DNA of 64,000 bases, taken from contig JAUCBJ010001928.1 of assembly GCA_032718475.1 (NCBI GenBank), forward strand, positions 7,266 through 71,265, read 5' to 3'. Below are positions 10,014-22,529 of this stretch, one piece after another (position 1 is the stretch's first letter; the number at the start of each line of letters is the position of its first letter). The stretch comes from Nemertoderma westbladi (taxonomy: Eukaryota; Animalia; Xenacoelomorpha). The notes beneath the pieces are model-generated. The model ran no database searches. It saw only the letters and a list, made by a program, of their open reading frames with translations, and was not told the origin of the DNA. A program made the position numbers and the translations under genes.

Positions 10014-11521
10014 AGGGGCGTCAGCGATAAGGTTTTTCGATCCTGTACTGATATCAACTGTGGAATCATAGAGGGATGACGAACGGTTTTAGAGTAGAGG
10101 TCCGTCATGAGGATTTGAGCTTCAGGTTGGGCTAAAGCGGCTTCTTCTCTTTCTTCCAGTTTCGTGTGTTTCTCTTCGATTAGATTTTCTTCCGCTTGTC
10201 TCTGTAAGCGTTCATCTAAAAATTCTTGTAGAGAATACGTGCGTCCAAGCTCGATGTCTTTCTCGAGGTTTTGGATTTCTCTATCGAACTGTGGCAAGGC
10301 TAACTCCTTCACCGATTGGACTTGTTGTTGTAATTTACGTTTCTCTAAACAATCTTGTGTTCCCTTTCCGATTTTCTGTCGAATGGCGTCTAAAGCGTTT
10401 CTTATAACACTCTCCTCGACTTCCGTGGCGGGTTGTATCGGGTTTAATCCTGGACGATTGTAAGGATCAAAGGGCGATATTAGCTGCCCGCATCCCAATC
10501 CGGCTAAGTAGGATGGGCGGATGTCTAACGAACCCACTACCGGAGCACCAACGATTAGTTGTTCGGGTAACACTAAGTCTTTGAACAGGGAATATAGTTC
10601 GGGAGGATCAGTGATACTGCTAGGATCAAGAGTTTGAGGTCTCACTAGGGAATGAGGAGGCCTGACCGAGTATTCCGGAACTCTGATCATGGGTTTATTC
10701 AGTGATCGTTTAAGACGAGCGATCGTGGGTGGTACGTCGAACAGGTTTCGCTCGAAACTCCCGTAAGTATAACGCGTAAAACTATGTTTAGCGCAACGTC
10801 TCCGCGGATGTTTATGTCTTTCAATTTGTTGGTTGGGTCTAGGGCATTCGTCACAATAATACCAAAGACGCACGTCCTGTAGAGGAAAAGCGGGTGATCG
10901 TTCTCCAGTTTTGCAGTATTCTTCCATTTGTTCAAAACTATCCGGGATAACAGGTAGTGGACGATCGGCGGTAAGATACATCATAGTGAAATAGAGCCGT
11001 TTGAGTTCGACTACAGGGTCGTGATGGATACCTTGAGGATATCGAGTCTCTAAGTTCTGCTGACTAGCGACGTTGAGATAGGTTTCTCTCAAAAACTCTA
11101 AGTATTCGTTGAAGTCGATGCATTTATCCGGTTCTTCAACGTTTTCTCTTTCCAGTCTATTACGAATAGAATTTTCGTGATCTATTCTCGGTTTATCGTT
11201 ACGACTCCGCTGGGTATGATATTTAAATAGAACCATTTCCCTTTCTGTATCTACATCGTCTGTATCATGTAAATCGATAGGATGGCCGGTCGTTAGGAAG
11301 TCCATATACGTACCATTACGATTCGTATAGTGAGTGGTGAATTTTCGATAGTCCAATTCACGCGCAAGTTGCTCTTGGGACATCGGCGGTTCGATATAAC
11401 GACCATCGTCCTCCGTAATGGTTGGATCGGCTTCACCGCGTATTAAGCTATCCACAAATGCTTGTAAAGGTAGAGTATATCGCTCCCTAATACCAAGATC
11501 ATCTTCTATCAACTCCGTCAT
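9842..11521 (-). CDS. Cargo ORF A: unknown protein with Cys/His cluster and predicted coiled coil
   Basis: 559-aa ATG-initiated ORF; YCDECPRPNQQIERHKHPRRRCAKH; E/K/Q/L-rich helical segment in the C-terminal third. Confidence 0.65.
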   Translation of the reverse strand: MTELIEDDLGIRERYTLPLQAFVDSLIRGEADPTITEDDGRYIEPPMSQEQLARELDYRKFTTHYTNRNGTYMDFLTTGHPIDLHDTDDVDTEREMVLFKYHTQRSRNDKPRIDHENSIRNRLERENVEEPDKCIDFNEYLEFLRETYLNVASQQNLETRYPQGIHHDPVVELKRLYFTMMYLTADRPLPVIPDSFEQMEEYCKTGERSPAFPLQDVRLWYYCDECPRPNQQIERHKHPRRRCAKHSFTRYTYGSFERNLFDVPPTIARLKRSLNKPMIRVPEYSVRPPHSLVRPQTLDPSSITDPPELYSLFKDLVLPEQLIVGAPVVGSLDIRPSYLAGLGCGQLISPFDPYNRPGLNPIQPATEVEESVIRNALDAIRQKIGKGTQDCLEKRKLQQQVQSVKELALPQFDREIQNLEKDIELGRTYSLQEFLDERLQRQAEENLIEEKHTKLEEREEAALAQPEAQILMTDLYSKTVRHPSMIPQLISVQDRKTLSLTPLCYSVRRSRPLVLAVYSLNLRTIERILSVVWYTMSTYALDLYRTRFTGLKTTLITLI

Positions 11522-12344
11522 ATTTGCTATCTGAGTTTATTAATATCAAATAAGTTTGTATTTAGGCGAGCGGGCGTCGCTGCCTACTTCTCTTTGCCCC
11601 CGGACAGTGGGATTCTCAGCGCCGATGTACCGTCGTCGCGGTGTTTACGCCAACATGTAGCAACAGCACGACAACGATAACCGGCACAAGTCACTCCACT
11701 GTCCGTCCCAAAGGCTTGGATCCACTAAGGTTCTTTCTATAGGAGAGTTGGGCTATTTTTACAATTGCGACTAGCTACTGTAAACATACTTTAGCAGTAA
11801 CATTCACCTATAAACGCACAAATTCCACACAACTGTCAACAACTGCACACACACAGGCCATTTGTCCGTTAGTCAGTGCCTTCCAGAATGTCACTTTATT
11901 ACTGTGTATCCTTGGATACTAACAGTGTGCTATGTATTCTCTATGCTATGCAATGGGACAAGCTTTCTATTGTTCTTTTAACTTGCTTCTAATTCTAGCG
12001 TGGGTGTTGCTATGGTGACATTATGGAAAGCTAGCGGTAGAATTAGGGTAATTCTCATGCATATAGATCTGGGATGCTATTTAATAATAATTCTTTAATT
12101 GTCAATATCCTCTTTATGCATGATTTTATTAATTTTATCGGCTATTGACTATATGTTGGAGATTCTCGCACTCTAATACACTCAATAGGATGAATCTCCG
12201 CTCCCATGATCTATTAATTAATGGAATTTTGGGAATGTTATAAATTGTACAAAATGACAATTTATGAAATTCATTTAAAAATATGAATTTAAATTTATTC
12301 CCGTGAATTTTATTATTTGATGTTAAAATTGACACAATTTGATT

Positions 12345-12602
12345 CCAGAGCAGGTCTGGGGACATAGGATCCTTAATTCCATGAAATTTGTCTTTTAAGA
12401 GTATCGGGAAGTGCTACGATATCTTAATCGACTAGAATTGTTAACGGATCTGAATTTTACAGGTTTTAATAAATATTAAATTAATATTTAAGATGGGCAC
12501 CGATTTATTCCAGAACTTGTCTGGGGACGTTAACCATTGATTCTAGAATTTGTCTTTCAAGTATATCGGTGGGTGCCGCGATATCTTAATCGACTAGAAT
12601 TA
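12345..12602. repeat. Imperfect ~95-bp direct repeat x2 in the pol-cargo spacer
   Basis: GTCTGGGGAC...AATTTGTCTTT...CGATATCTTAATCGACTAGAATT occurs twice, about 165 bp apart. Confidence 0.8.
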
Positions 12603-13148
12603 CAGATGGTCAAAAGGTTTAACAGATTTATTTGCGTTTTACGCTACTGTTAGAGGGACATCACGCTACTATATGTATTATTTAATCTAAGGTAGAAGAG
12701 CAATATCGCACGAAGCAATGTCAGTGTGAAGAGGCAAGTCGTTTCCAAGGTCTACCCAGAGCTTGGTTTAGCCGAGACACGAGGATCTGAACTTTGCATT
12801 CCTAATACTCTGCCTACCAATAATACTTGAATATAGTAGTGGCTTTATTGTACTTTAAGAAGTACGGACATTTCATCTTACTGTAGTCACGTCTTTATAA
12901 TATGATACGGACAGTAAGGATAAAGAAAAAAAAATTATTTCTCGCCGTCGCACTAAATATATATTATAAGTAATTACGTACGTAATAAACACTAATATAT
13001 TGCACTAATCTACTAAATAATACTAAAATAACATTCTATTAAATAAAATTGAATAAAAACGATTATAATAAAGTACATAATAAAGTTCGCATATAAAAAT
13101 ATAATAAAATAGATAAAATAATATAGTCATACACCCACTCCAGACGTA

Positions 13149-16100
13149 TCACGTTAGGGAGTCCCTAGATGTTTGAGGAATTAGGGAGGTAGTCGTAGGA
13201 AGAGTGTCTTGCCTTCCGTAGTTTCCAGAGAGTTCTCTGTCTCTTTCCAGTAAACATAAACGACCAACTGGGCGATTGAGTTGTTGCGTCTCAAAGATGA
13301 TGCCTGGCTTCTTGAAGTTACGCCGCATGACGATGAGTTCTACCGAGCGTACTAAACCATCATCTGAGATGTGTGTCTCGATGATACGACCTGTCTGCCA
13401 CCGTTTACGTGGGGGGTCTGGATCTACAATAAGCACCATATCTCCGGCGCTGACGTTTTCTTGCTGCGCAAACCACTTAGTTCGAAGTTGTAGCGTGGGC
13501 AGATAATGTTTCTCAAAATGGTCAGCGAAACGACGGGATAGCAACTGCATAAGTTGCCAAGTTCGACGGCAGTATTCATCTCCGTCGGCAATCTCCGATC
13601 GTGGGAGCATGGCTACAGGTTTCTTCAGTAGGAAGTGCGCGGGTGTTAGCGCTTCCAGGGAATCGGGACTCGATGAGACTGGCATAAGCGGTCTCTCGTT
13701 GAGATAGGCAGCGATTTCCTCCATTAACGTCCGCAAAAGTTCGTCGGTGAGATACGCGCGGCATGGCACTATAAAGTGAAATGCGGTTTTGACACTTCGA
13801 ATTAATCTCTCCCAACTTCCTCCCCACCAAGGGGCGTCGGCAGCGTTGAAGGTCCAGCTAGACGCTGTTATCCTTAGATGGTCGTCTACCTGTCTTTGGT
13901 TCCAGTCCTTCACGTAAGCCTGTATCTCGTTGTTGGCACCTATGAAGTTCGTTCCTTTATCCGATCTCATGGTATTACTCGTCCCGAAGCGAGCGATCTG
14001 TCGTCGTAAACTTAAGACGAAGCTGTTAGTAGATAGATCGTTCACCATATCGAGATGGATGGCTCTACAAGTCATGCACACGAAGATGACACACCATCTC
14101 TTGACTATAGTCCTTGCACGATATACTTCAATAGGGCCAAATAAATCTACACCAGTATTAGTAAAAGGTGGTTCATAGAAGCTTACTCGTTCCCTAGGTA
14201 ATTCTGCCTCTCGCTGTGTTAAAGGCCTACTGAATGCTTTCCTACAGGGTATGCAGTTCCTAAGAACTTGGTTCAGAGCTCTACGGGGTTTATCAAAATA
14301 ATAGCGAGTTCGAATTTCGCTAAGAATTCGTTCTCTACCAGCATGATAAAGTTTACCGTGAACGTCTACAATCATCTTGATTTGTACTTCAAGATTTCTA
14401 ATAAGTATGGGGAATTTGGTGTCAAAGGATAAGGGCGCGTTGGTGAGTCTTCCTCCAACACGTATTAACCCATCTATCATTGTGCTCGAGAATCGATCCC
14501 TTAAGCGCATCTGTGGATTTCTCAACAACAGGAAGTACTTTTCGGAATCCTCATAGCATTGCAGGAGTCTCAGTATCTGCTTATTTGTTTCTTCATACTC
14601 CTGGTGACTAATTTTCTCCTTTAGAAAACAATCAGATATCTTATATTTGGGTAAATTCTTAATAACATGAACTTGTGCAGATGTCAATGGAGCGTGATCA
14701 CTAGTGGTCTTCGTCCTGGAGTAGTGATGATGAAAACATCGTCTTAAATATGTGACGGCTTTACAGAGCCGATTCCAGGAACTGTAATGATGCATTGCTC
14801 TCTGCAGCATGGGTGAGATTCCTTGCGAGACGTCTGGTATTCCAGATTTCCAATCTCTATCTCTAATTTCCACAACAGACTTATTTGTGTTGAGGGATTG
14901 TGGATCCGAAACATCATTCCCGGAAGTATGTAATACAGATAGATCGATAGTCGGTTTAAATAACTTCGATTTACTCGCCCGGGTTTTAGGTTTGACTGTC
15001 TCCGCTCCCTTGGCTTGTCTAATCTCTGCCGTAGTAAGGTGAGGAGGCCATTCATCCTCTTCCTTGCTCAGGAAGTCGGGTCCATCCAACCAATCTGGAG
15101 TATCTATCAGTTCCTATGGAGTTGCTCCCCTGGAGGCGATATCGGCTGGATTAATCGTACCAGGGCAATGTCTCCATTGATCTATCTTTGTGCGACTAAG
15201 AATAATAGCTACTCGGTTAGTAACAAAAACGCTAAACTGACAGACTTCATTGGTTAGATACTCTAACACGAGTAAAGCGTCGGTCCAATAAACCGTTTTC
15301 TCCAGTGGATAGTCGATTTATTCCGTTACGTTCCGGCCGATGGCTGTAGCGTATAAAGCCGCCTTTAACTCCGCTCGAGGAACCTTTAACTTGTTGTTAA
15401 TCAATGCCTTAGAGGTAACCAAGGCGACCTTGATTCCATCCGGAGTTTCGACTCGCAGATATGCTACTATACCTATTCCCATGTCGCTGGCGTCTCCAAA
15501 CACATGGAGTTGATAGGAATACGTAGGAAGAACATGGCCAAAATATGCACGGGAAATTATAAAGTTCTCGATGGCAGGTAGAGAATCTTCCCATTTCATC
15601 CATTTCTTTAACAATTCCCCTTTAAGCGGATCGTCCCATGAGTGGTTTTCAAGCCACATTTGTTGTACTAAACTCCGAGCAATCAATATAACTGGGCTAA
15701 TAAATCCCAATGGGTCGAAATAAGTGCTCAGGATACTTAAACAAATCCGTTTGGTCCGAACTGGATTATCTCGCTGTTTTAACTGAAAAAACAGGATGTC
15801 TCTTTCAGTGTCCCACTTCAAGCCTAGCGTCTTGGTTTCAGGAAGATCGTCCTTTATTAAGTCTAGGTCTTTCGCTCCGCGATCTTCTACCGGTATGGCT
15901 TCCAGAAACTCACGGGAGTTGCTAGTGAATTTCGTCAGTCGAAATCCACCTCTTTTCAAACACTCTACCATTCCTTTCGCGACAGCTATGGCTTCTTCTA
16001 CTGATGGAAGGGACCTTAAATTGTCGTCCATGTATATATTGCGTTTTATGTTGTCTATCACTTCTTTGGAGAAGGAGTCTCGGTTGTCATTCGCAGTGGT

Positions 16101-19100
16101 TCGCACCACGGAGCAGGCGTTGGAAGATCCCAAAAGATATGATCCCAAAAGCCTGGATGGTCATCCAGTACTCTACCGGTTTCTGGTTGAGGTCTCCTTC
16201 AGGCCACCACAGAAATCTCAGGCTATCTCTATCTCTATCCAGCGCCTTGACTTGTAAGAACATTCCTTCTATATCAGAGGCGAACGCGATGGAATATTGT
16301 CTTAATCTTAATAGTATTCCCAACAAAGATTGGAGTAAGTTGGGTCCTGGTAACAACTCGGAATTGAGGGATTGACCCATATATAGAGCAGAGCCATCAA
16401 ATACGACTCGTACTTCATGGGGTTTACTGGGTTTGGGAACGTAATGATGTGTTAAATAATACGTTCTCTCAGTCACTGGTGTTCCTTCCGGTACTCGCTC
16501 CGCGTATCCCTTTGTTATAAATTTCTTCAGCTGAATTTGGTACATTTCTTTCGCTGAAGCATTAGCTGTAAGGCGTCGATATAATTGAGCGATTCTTTTC
16601 TCTGCCAAGGGTCTGTTATTTATAAATCTAGGTTCTCGTTTTCGAAATGGTAGGCCGATTTCATACCTACCTTGGTCCTTTAAAAAACGTGTAGTTGTTT
16701 CCTGGATTTGCTTGGCTCTTTCTTCTTCTATCGATAGAGCCTTATCATATGAATTGGGCTCTACCAGTTCCTGAGTAAAGAATCGTACAGCTAGTTCGTC
16801 CCGAGTTCTAGCGTTGTAGCGCTCTATCTCATCGTTTAGTTCGTCATTGTAAGCGATGGGTTCCGATGGGTGAATCAGTTGACATAGGTTCACCTGACTT
16901 TTCCAAGTTTGGTTTTCTGTAAGTAGGTCGGTTGTGTTCTCTTCATCGAAGAGTTGGTAGATGTCGTCATTATCTGAGGAGTATGGTGTTCCCTCAGTTA
17001 GTTCGTCCACCTCACTGCTCTCCACTTCCCAATCGTGTACTTGGTATGTTTGTTCTTGTGGCATTCTCTCTTCGAGAGTCCTGCGGGAAGGGCCAGTAAT
17101 GTACCAACCTACTCTAGTTCTTACCGCATAGGTTTGCAGTGGCTGCGGTTGAGCAGGCCGTTTCTCTAATGTTTCGAGCGCCTCATGCGCGTTCTGGCCG
17201 ATGAGTATTTGCACTCCAGGATAATCTGTCTGGAATCGAGGTATCTTAAGATGTTGGATGCTCTCATCCTCGTCCCAATTATAAAGGTCTGCTTGAGTAG
17301 TAGCGAAGTTCTTTATAGCCACCATTTTTACCGACCTTATACCTTGTGCTCCTAACTTATCCTGGGGGGTGGACAACACACCTACATAGTAATCTGCCGT
17401 TAAGGTAGATTTCCAAACCTGCATAATTCCTGACATATTCAATTTAGTCCGGAATTTGGGTTGTCCAGCAAAGATATCTTCGGCTAATTCTTGATCGATG
17501 AATGTTCCTGTGCTGCCGGAGTCAAGGAGGGCGTTCACTATGTAACTTTTGTTAAGACCGTGAACTCTTACCTGCACTACAGGAAATTCTCTGATTCCTA
17601 CGTTGGAAGTTGGAGCTTTCCAAGATGGTTGTTTGGCAAAAGTAGTTGGGGGAAACTCATTGTTGGTGTCCTTTTCATAAGTAAGTGCTCGATACACTGC
17701 GGTATTGATTAGATAACAGGATTCGTTGGCGTCGGAGAATTCGTCAGTATAGAATCCTTCCATCTCAGACTCCTGATCAGTGTCATTTACATCACTGAAT
17801 TGGACATGTAGTTCGGGCTCACTTACCTGACTCTGTTTGTCTCGTTCGAACTCACTGTGTAACATGATGTGATGTTTCGCGCCACACTTTGCACACTTTA
17901 TATCGGAGTAACAGGTTCGCCGTTGGTGTCCTGGTCTGAGGCAATTATAGCATAACCGCTTGTCCCACACAACTGCACGTCTGTCTACAAGGGATTTCTT
18001 TAGAAATTCAGCACACGCACTCAAACGGTGGGTCCCGTCACACAGCGCACAGTTAGGTTTTATGTTACTCACTTTACCTTGGGTAACTTGATGCACTCTC
18101 GTTTTTTCTTCGGGTTTTCTTCGGTGCATTCTGTTAGGAGACTGAGGGGGGGTCTTGGCAACCTGTTCTCTCCTATCGTTGTTTCGAGCCTTATATTTAC
18201 TTACCTCTTTTGGGGTTTTGTCAACGTAGTAAGATCGGTCAGTGTCTTTCCCGCTGTCTTCTTCTTGAGAAACTTGGCTTTCGCCGTCGTCAGTGTAACA
18301 CACCGGTGTTATTCTTCTCCTAGAAGCGGGTTTCTCACTTACCTTATTTTCCGATGTTTTCTCTCTGGACTGCTTGATGAGTTGTAGTTTTACCTCACCA
18401 TCCAAGAAGGACATGAGATCAGCCATGGTAGGACTTCGTCGTTGTTGTTCATTCATGTACAACACTTTCTTGTCCCAGCGTGTACATACTCCACCCTTTG
18501 GTAAAGTAGAGACTACGGCTCCAATAACCATTGAACTCTGATATTCATGAGACTTACCTAACCAGTCCAATTGTCTACAGATCTCTTGAATCTCATCGGA
18601 AAACTCTATAATCCCGCTACTAAGGAAGTGTCGGGGGGCTACTAATTTTGCATACAAATACTTAGCTATGTTATCCTTGTTACCATACCTGATGTTTAAT
18701 GTATCCCATACTTGTCTTAATCCTTCTGGATGTCCAATAAACTTTAACGCCATTAACTTGGGAGGTCCTTCCAAGCACTTGATGAGGAACCTAAGTTTCT
18801 CTCCGTTAGATAGTACAGAGTTCTGTATGCTGTCTTTGTAATATTCGTTGAAAGGTAACCATTTCATCTCATCTCCATTGAATTTGACGATCTCTCCCAC
18901 TTTGACCGCTTGGCGGGCTGCTGTTCCAGCCATCTGCCGCGTAAAGCTTTCTTGGGCCATCGTGTTATTTAATATCGAATTATCGGTATATAAATTTCTC
19001 GGATCAGTATCAGGTCTATAGGGAATATCATTAATAACAGGTCTATAATCACCCTTAATAGGGTTTGCTATAGGAGTTTCTACTTCACTAGCAGTATAGA

Positions 19101-21207
19101 TGCGTGTAGTCTCCACACCTTGCACATGTAATACTTCAGACCTAACAGGTTGACACAATGTTACAGGGGGTATTGGTATTCCCTTTTGGATATTCACTAA
19201 TTTGTCGCGTTCTAGCGCGATACTTTGCTGCACTTCTTGCAATTCGGCCCTACTTTCCCTTACTGTTCCCTTAAGCTGGTGGACAGTCTCCTGCATCTGT
19301 CCGAGCAGGAGATTCATCCCCCGCCGTCCCTCCTCTACCCACTCGACCGCCGAAGCGGGAGTCGCCAACATAGTAGCGGGCTGACGCGGGACGACGGGAG
19401 ACAAATCTTTGATTTCTCTCTCAGCTTCCAGGACAGGGATATTCTCATGGACTGTTCTACCGGGTACAGGCAGTGTAGTACTGTGTAAAGGGAATTTAGA
19501 GTGAAGCTCTGGAAGTACAGGGGTCTCTAACACAGAAGTGACTTTGGGAACGACAGGCCTAATTATTTCAGGCTCATCAACTATTGTAGGGAGTCTTTTG
19601 ACCTGAACAGTTTGGTCTATGGGTTCCGTACTACCTAAGTCTGTGCTAGCTAGCTGTCTTTTAACAGCTGGGGGCAAATCAGGCAATTTGTGACGGTGAG
19701 ATGTTTTTCTACGCCTGCTTAGACGAGATCTATTTCCTCCGCCTTCAGGATCGGTGGTTTCGCTTTCCTCCGATGATGTGTATCCCTGGCGTTTGGGAGT
19801 AGATCGTCTCATCATCTGCATTTGCCTAGCAGTTAACTGTTTATTTATGTTGTCTTGCGTCTCTTGCAGATTTTCCAACTCCAGTTGGGTAGTCTGCTCA
19901 GACGCTCTCCGTTCTGCTTCTGCCACTGCCCTTTCCGCCTTTGCTTCTGCCGCCGCTGCCTTTCTTTCTGCTTCTACTTCTACCGCCACTGCTTTTCTTT
20001 CTGCTTCTGCTTCTGCCGTAGCCGCCGCCTTTTGTTCCTCTATCCGTCTTTTCTTTACCTTTTCTTCTTGGACTCTAGCGAGGCGGAGTTTTTCATCAAA
20101 TTCTGCTTGGTTAGCAGCTAACATTTCAGCATCGATTGAATCTAACACACGCTGGGTTCCTTCACTATTGGGGGAAAGTCCAGACAGCCGTCTCCTCAAT
20201 TCTTCGTCTCCTAGGAATCGCTGATAGTCGGACAGATAAATGTCTATGGCGTCTCTCGTTCGTGGTTTCTCTGAGGTCTCTTCGCCTTCCACTTGAGAAA
20301 GGGTGGCATCGGTTGGTTCTTCATAAGTTAGTCTCTCAGACAGCTGGGATTTCCACTGGTCTGTTTCTTGTACTTGGAGACCTACCCGCTGGAACCAAGT
20401 TTTGACAGCAACCTGCAGTGACGTGTCCTGTCTTCTTTTGGAAGTTTCCTCAAAAGCTGATAGGATTAGTCGAATGCGTAGGGTTCTTTCGCGTACTTGA
20501 TATAGCAGTTCTTCCTGCTCTTGAGGTCCTTGGGGTTGTCGAAACAGTTGTTCTTCTAATTTCTCTAAGGAGCCGAAGAATCCCTGCACATATCCTGCTG
20601 CCGACCTCTTCCAAACAGCTGGATCCATCGTATCTTTAGCCACTCCCATCCTGTGTATATCTTCCCAAGTAGCCTCGGACAGATCTAACGGGAGTCCGGG
20701 TCCGGGAAAGTTCCATTGTGACTCGACAATAGACATCAATTCTTCCCTGGCGTATCCCGCATAATTATCCTGGGTCACTCGCTTATTTCTCGCCCAATCT
20801 GCTTGATGTTCCTCCACCGCAATCAATATAGTTGTTAGCTCTGCGGCAGGAAGGGTGAGAAGGGGGTCCGAGTAGGCTTTAGCCGTCATCTGCAATCCGC
20901 GTTCGGGGGTCAGTTCGACAGTATCCGAACTACTGGAGCTATCTGATCGCTGGGAACAAGTTTCTTGACTAGGCTGTTGCTGCTGTGGGACAGCTGCTTC
21001 CTGGTTCCGTTTGACTTGGGCCCGAGTGCCGATGATAGACCTACGGTGTTGGATTAGCTTAGGGTCTGATACTACTACTGGAGGGATGACCTTTCTTTCA
21101 GTAGGAGGTGAGCTGAACTCCTTTCTTAATCGCTCCACACTCCTATCTGTGTCACAGATGGTTGTATCGATTAGACTGTCTGACATGTTTTGCTGAGTGT
21201 CAGACAT
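13149..21207 (-). pseudogene. BEL/Pao gag-pol polyprotein, disrupted (1 frameshift, 2 in-frame stops)
   Basis: Three Gag knuckles (CALCDGTHRLSAC, CYNCLRPGHQRRTC, CAKCGAKHHIMLH); protease LLDSGS; RT RVVFDGS/PGPNL/DIEGMFLQV/YMDD; RNase H HVFGDAS/PRAELKAA; integrase HGKLYHAG..CIPC, GVDLFGP, SDKGTNF, GGSWERLI. Frameshift near 16130; TAA at 15318-15320 and TAG near 15115. Confidence 0.95.
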
Positions 21208-22529
21208 GTTTAGCTATACAGTTGAATGCTTACTGCTATAGTTACAGTTAAAGCAAGTCTAGTAATTCAGTATGACCGTTGGCCTAGTACCGGTAATTTA
21301 TTACAGTATTAGAATACCGGTATGCGCTTATAATATATATATAAGTATTGTAAACTAGGTTTGTCACAGAGTACCGGTATATAATTTTAGCACAAATATA
21401 TATAAATATATAATAGGCCTATCGTGAATACCGGTATACAGCTTACACTTATAGTATATATAAGTATAATTATGAACTAGAATTAATTACAGAGTACCGG
21501 TATGATTTCAGCTCAAATTTATAGAAATAAATATAATAAGCCTATGGTAAATACCGGTATGTCAATTATTTTATAATAATTGAATTTCTGAATATTTTAG
21601 GGTTACTTGGTTACTTTAACTTACTTTGTTACCGTTATTTAAGCAGTAGTCCAACTGATTTTGAGACCTAGTTGTTGTATGGCAGGCCTACTATTTATAA
21701 ATCGTTTGTGTTGATTTATAATAGATATATACCCGTTTAAAAGGGTTTTTTCAATATTTGAAATAAATGTTATTATTTCTGGGGGGTCACTACACAGAAG
21801 CTGTGCGCTCTCAGTGAAGTGCTATTTATGGGACACTAAAACAGATAATTCTAATTTACCTAAGTTACTTAATACTACAAATTACTTACGATACGGGTGA
21901 GATTAATTCTCTAATTAAACACAACAAAATATTACGTACGAATTTTTTAGGGTAATTTTACAGGAAGTCTACAAACCAGTCTAACAAAGGGTTAGAATTC
22001 TGGTTATTATAACGGACAGGGTATTACGGTATTTGAAAATAATAAGTAGTAGTAAATATATTGCACTGTCCAGATAGGAAAATACCACCGCCTGACGACC
22101 TATAGCCGTAGCGCTATAGGTACTACGTTATGTATCACGGAGTGTTCCTACCTAGAAGTTAATTACCGCGGACTACCAGATCCAGCGTGCCTATTAACCA
22201 CTTTACAACACAAATATACTGCCTACACACTAATTACCTCGGAAAGCACTGTACACTAAACCCTAAATTAGGTACAAGTACTGGTACAACAAATAATCAG
22301 TAGTTAAATATACTTGAACAGTTAAAAGAACCACGGCATCTGCTGGAGTGACCAGAGCACAAAGTCACCAGTCTTGTCCTACGCCAAGCAGCCCGTGTAG
22401 TACCGGGGTTAATTTAACTATAACGGTATGTATAACAAACACAATTACTGTAGGAATAAACTTGGGGACATGAATGTTGCGAATAATCGCATAAACTCTG
22501 AATAATAAATATTACGCTACCCGTACAGA

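Noticed and set aside
7306-11521. env gene
   Set aside because: No signal peptide, transmembrane anchor or fusion-protein pattern visible; motifs point to nuclease and zinc knuckles.
19754-20405. Plus-strand ORFs antisense to gag
   Set aside because: Shadow frames of the repetitive Ala/Glu-rich gag segment.
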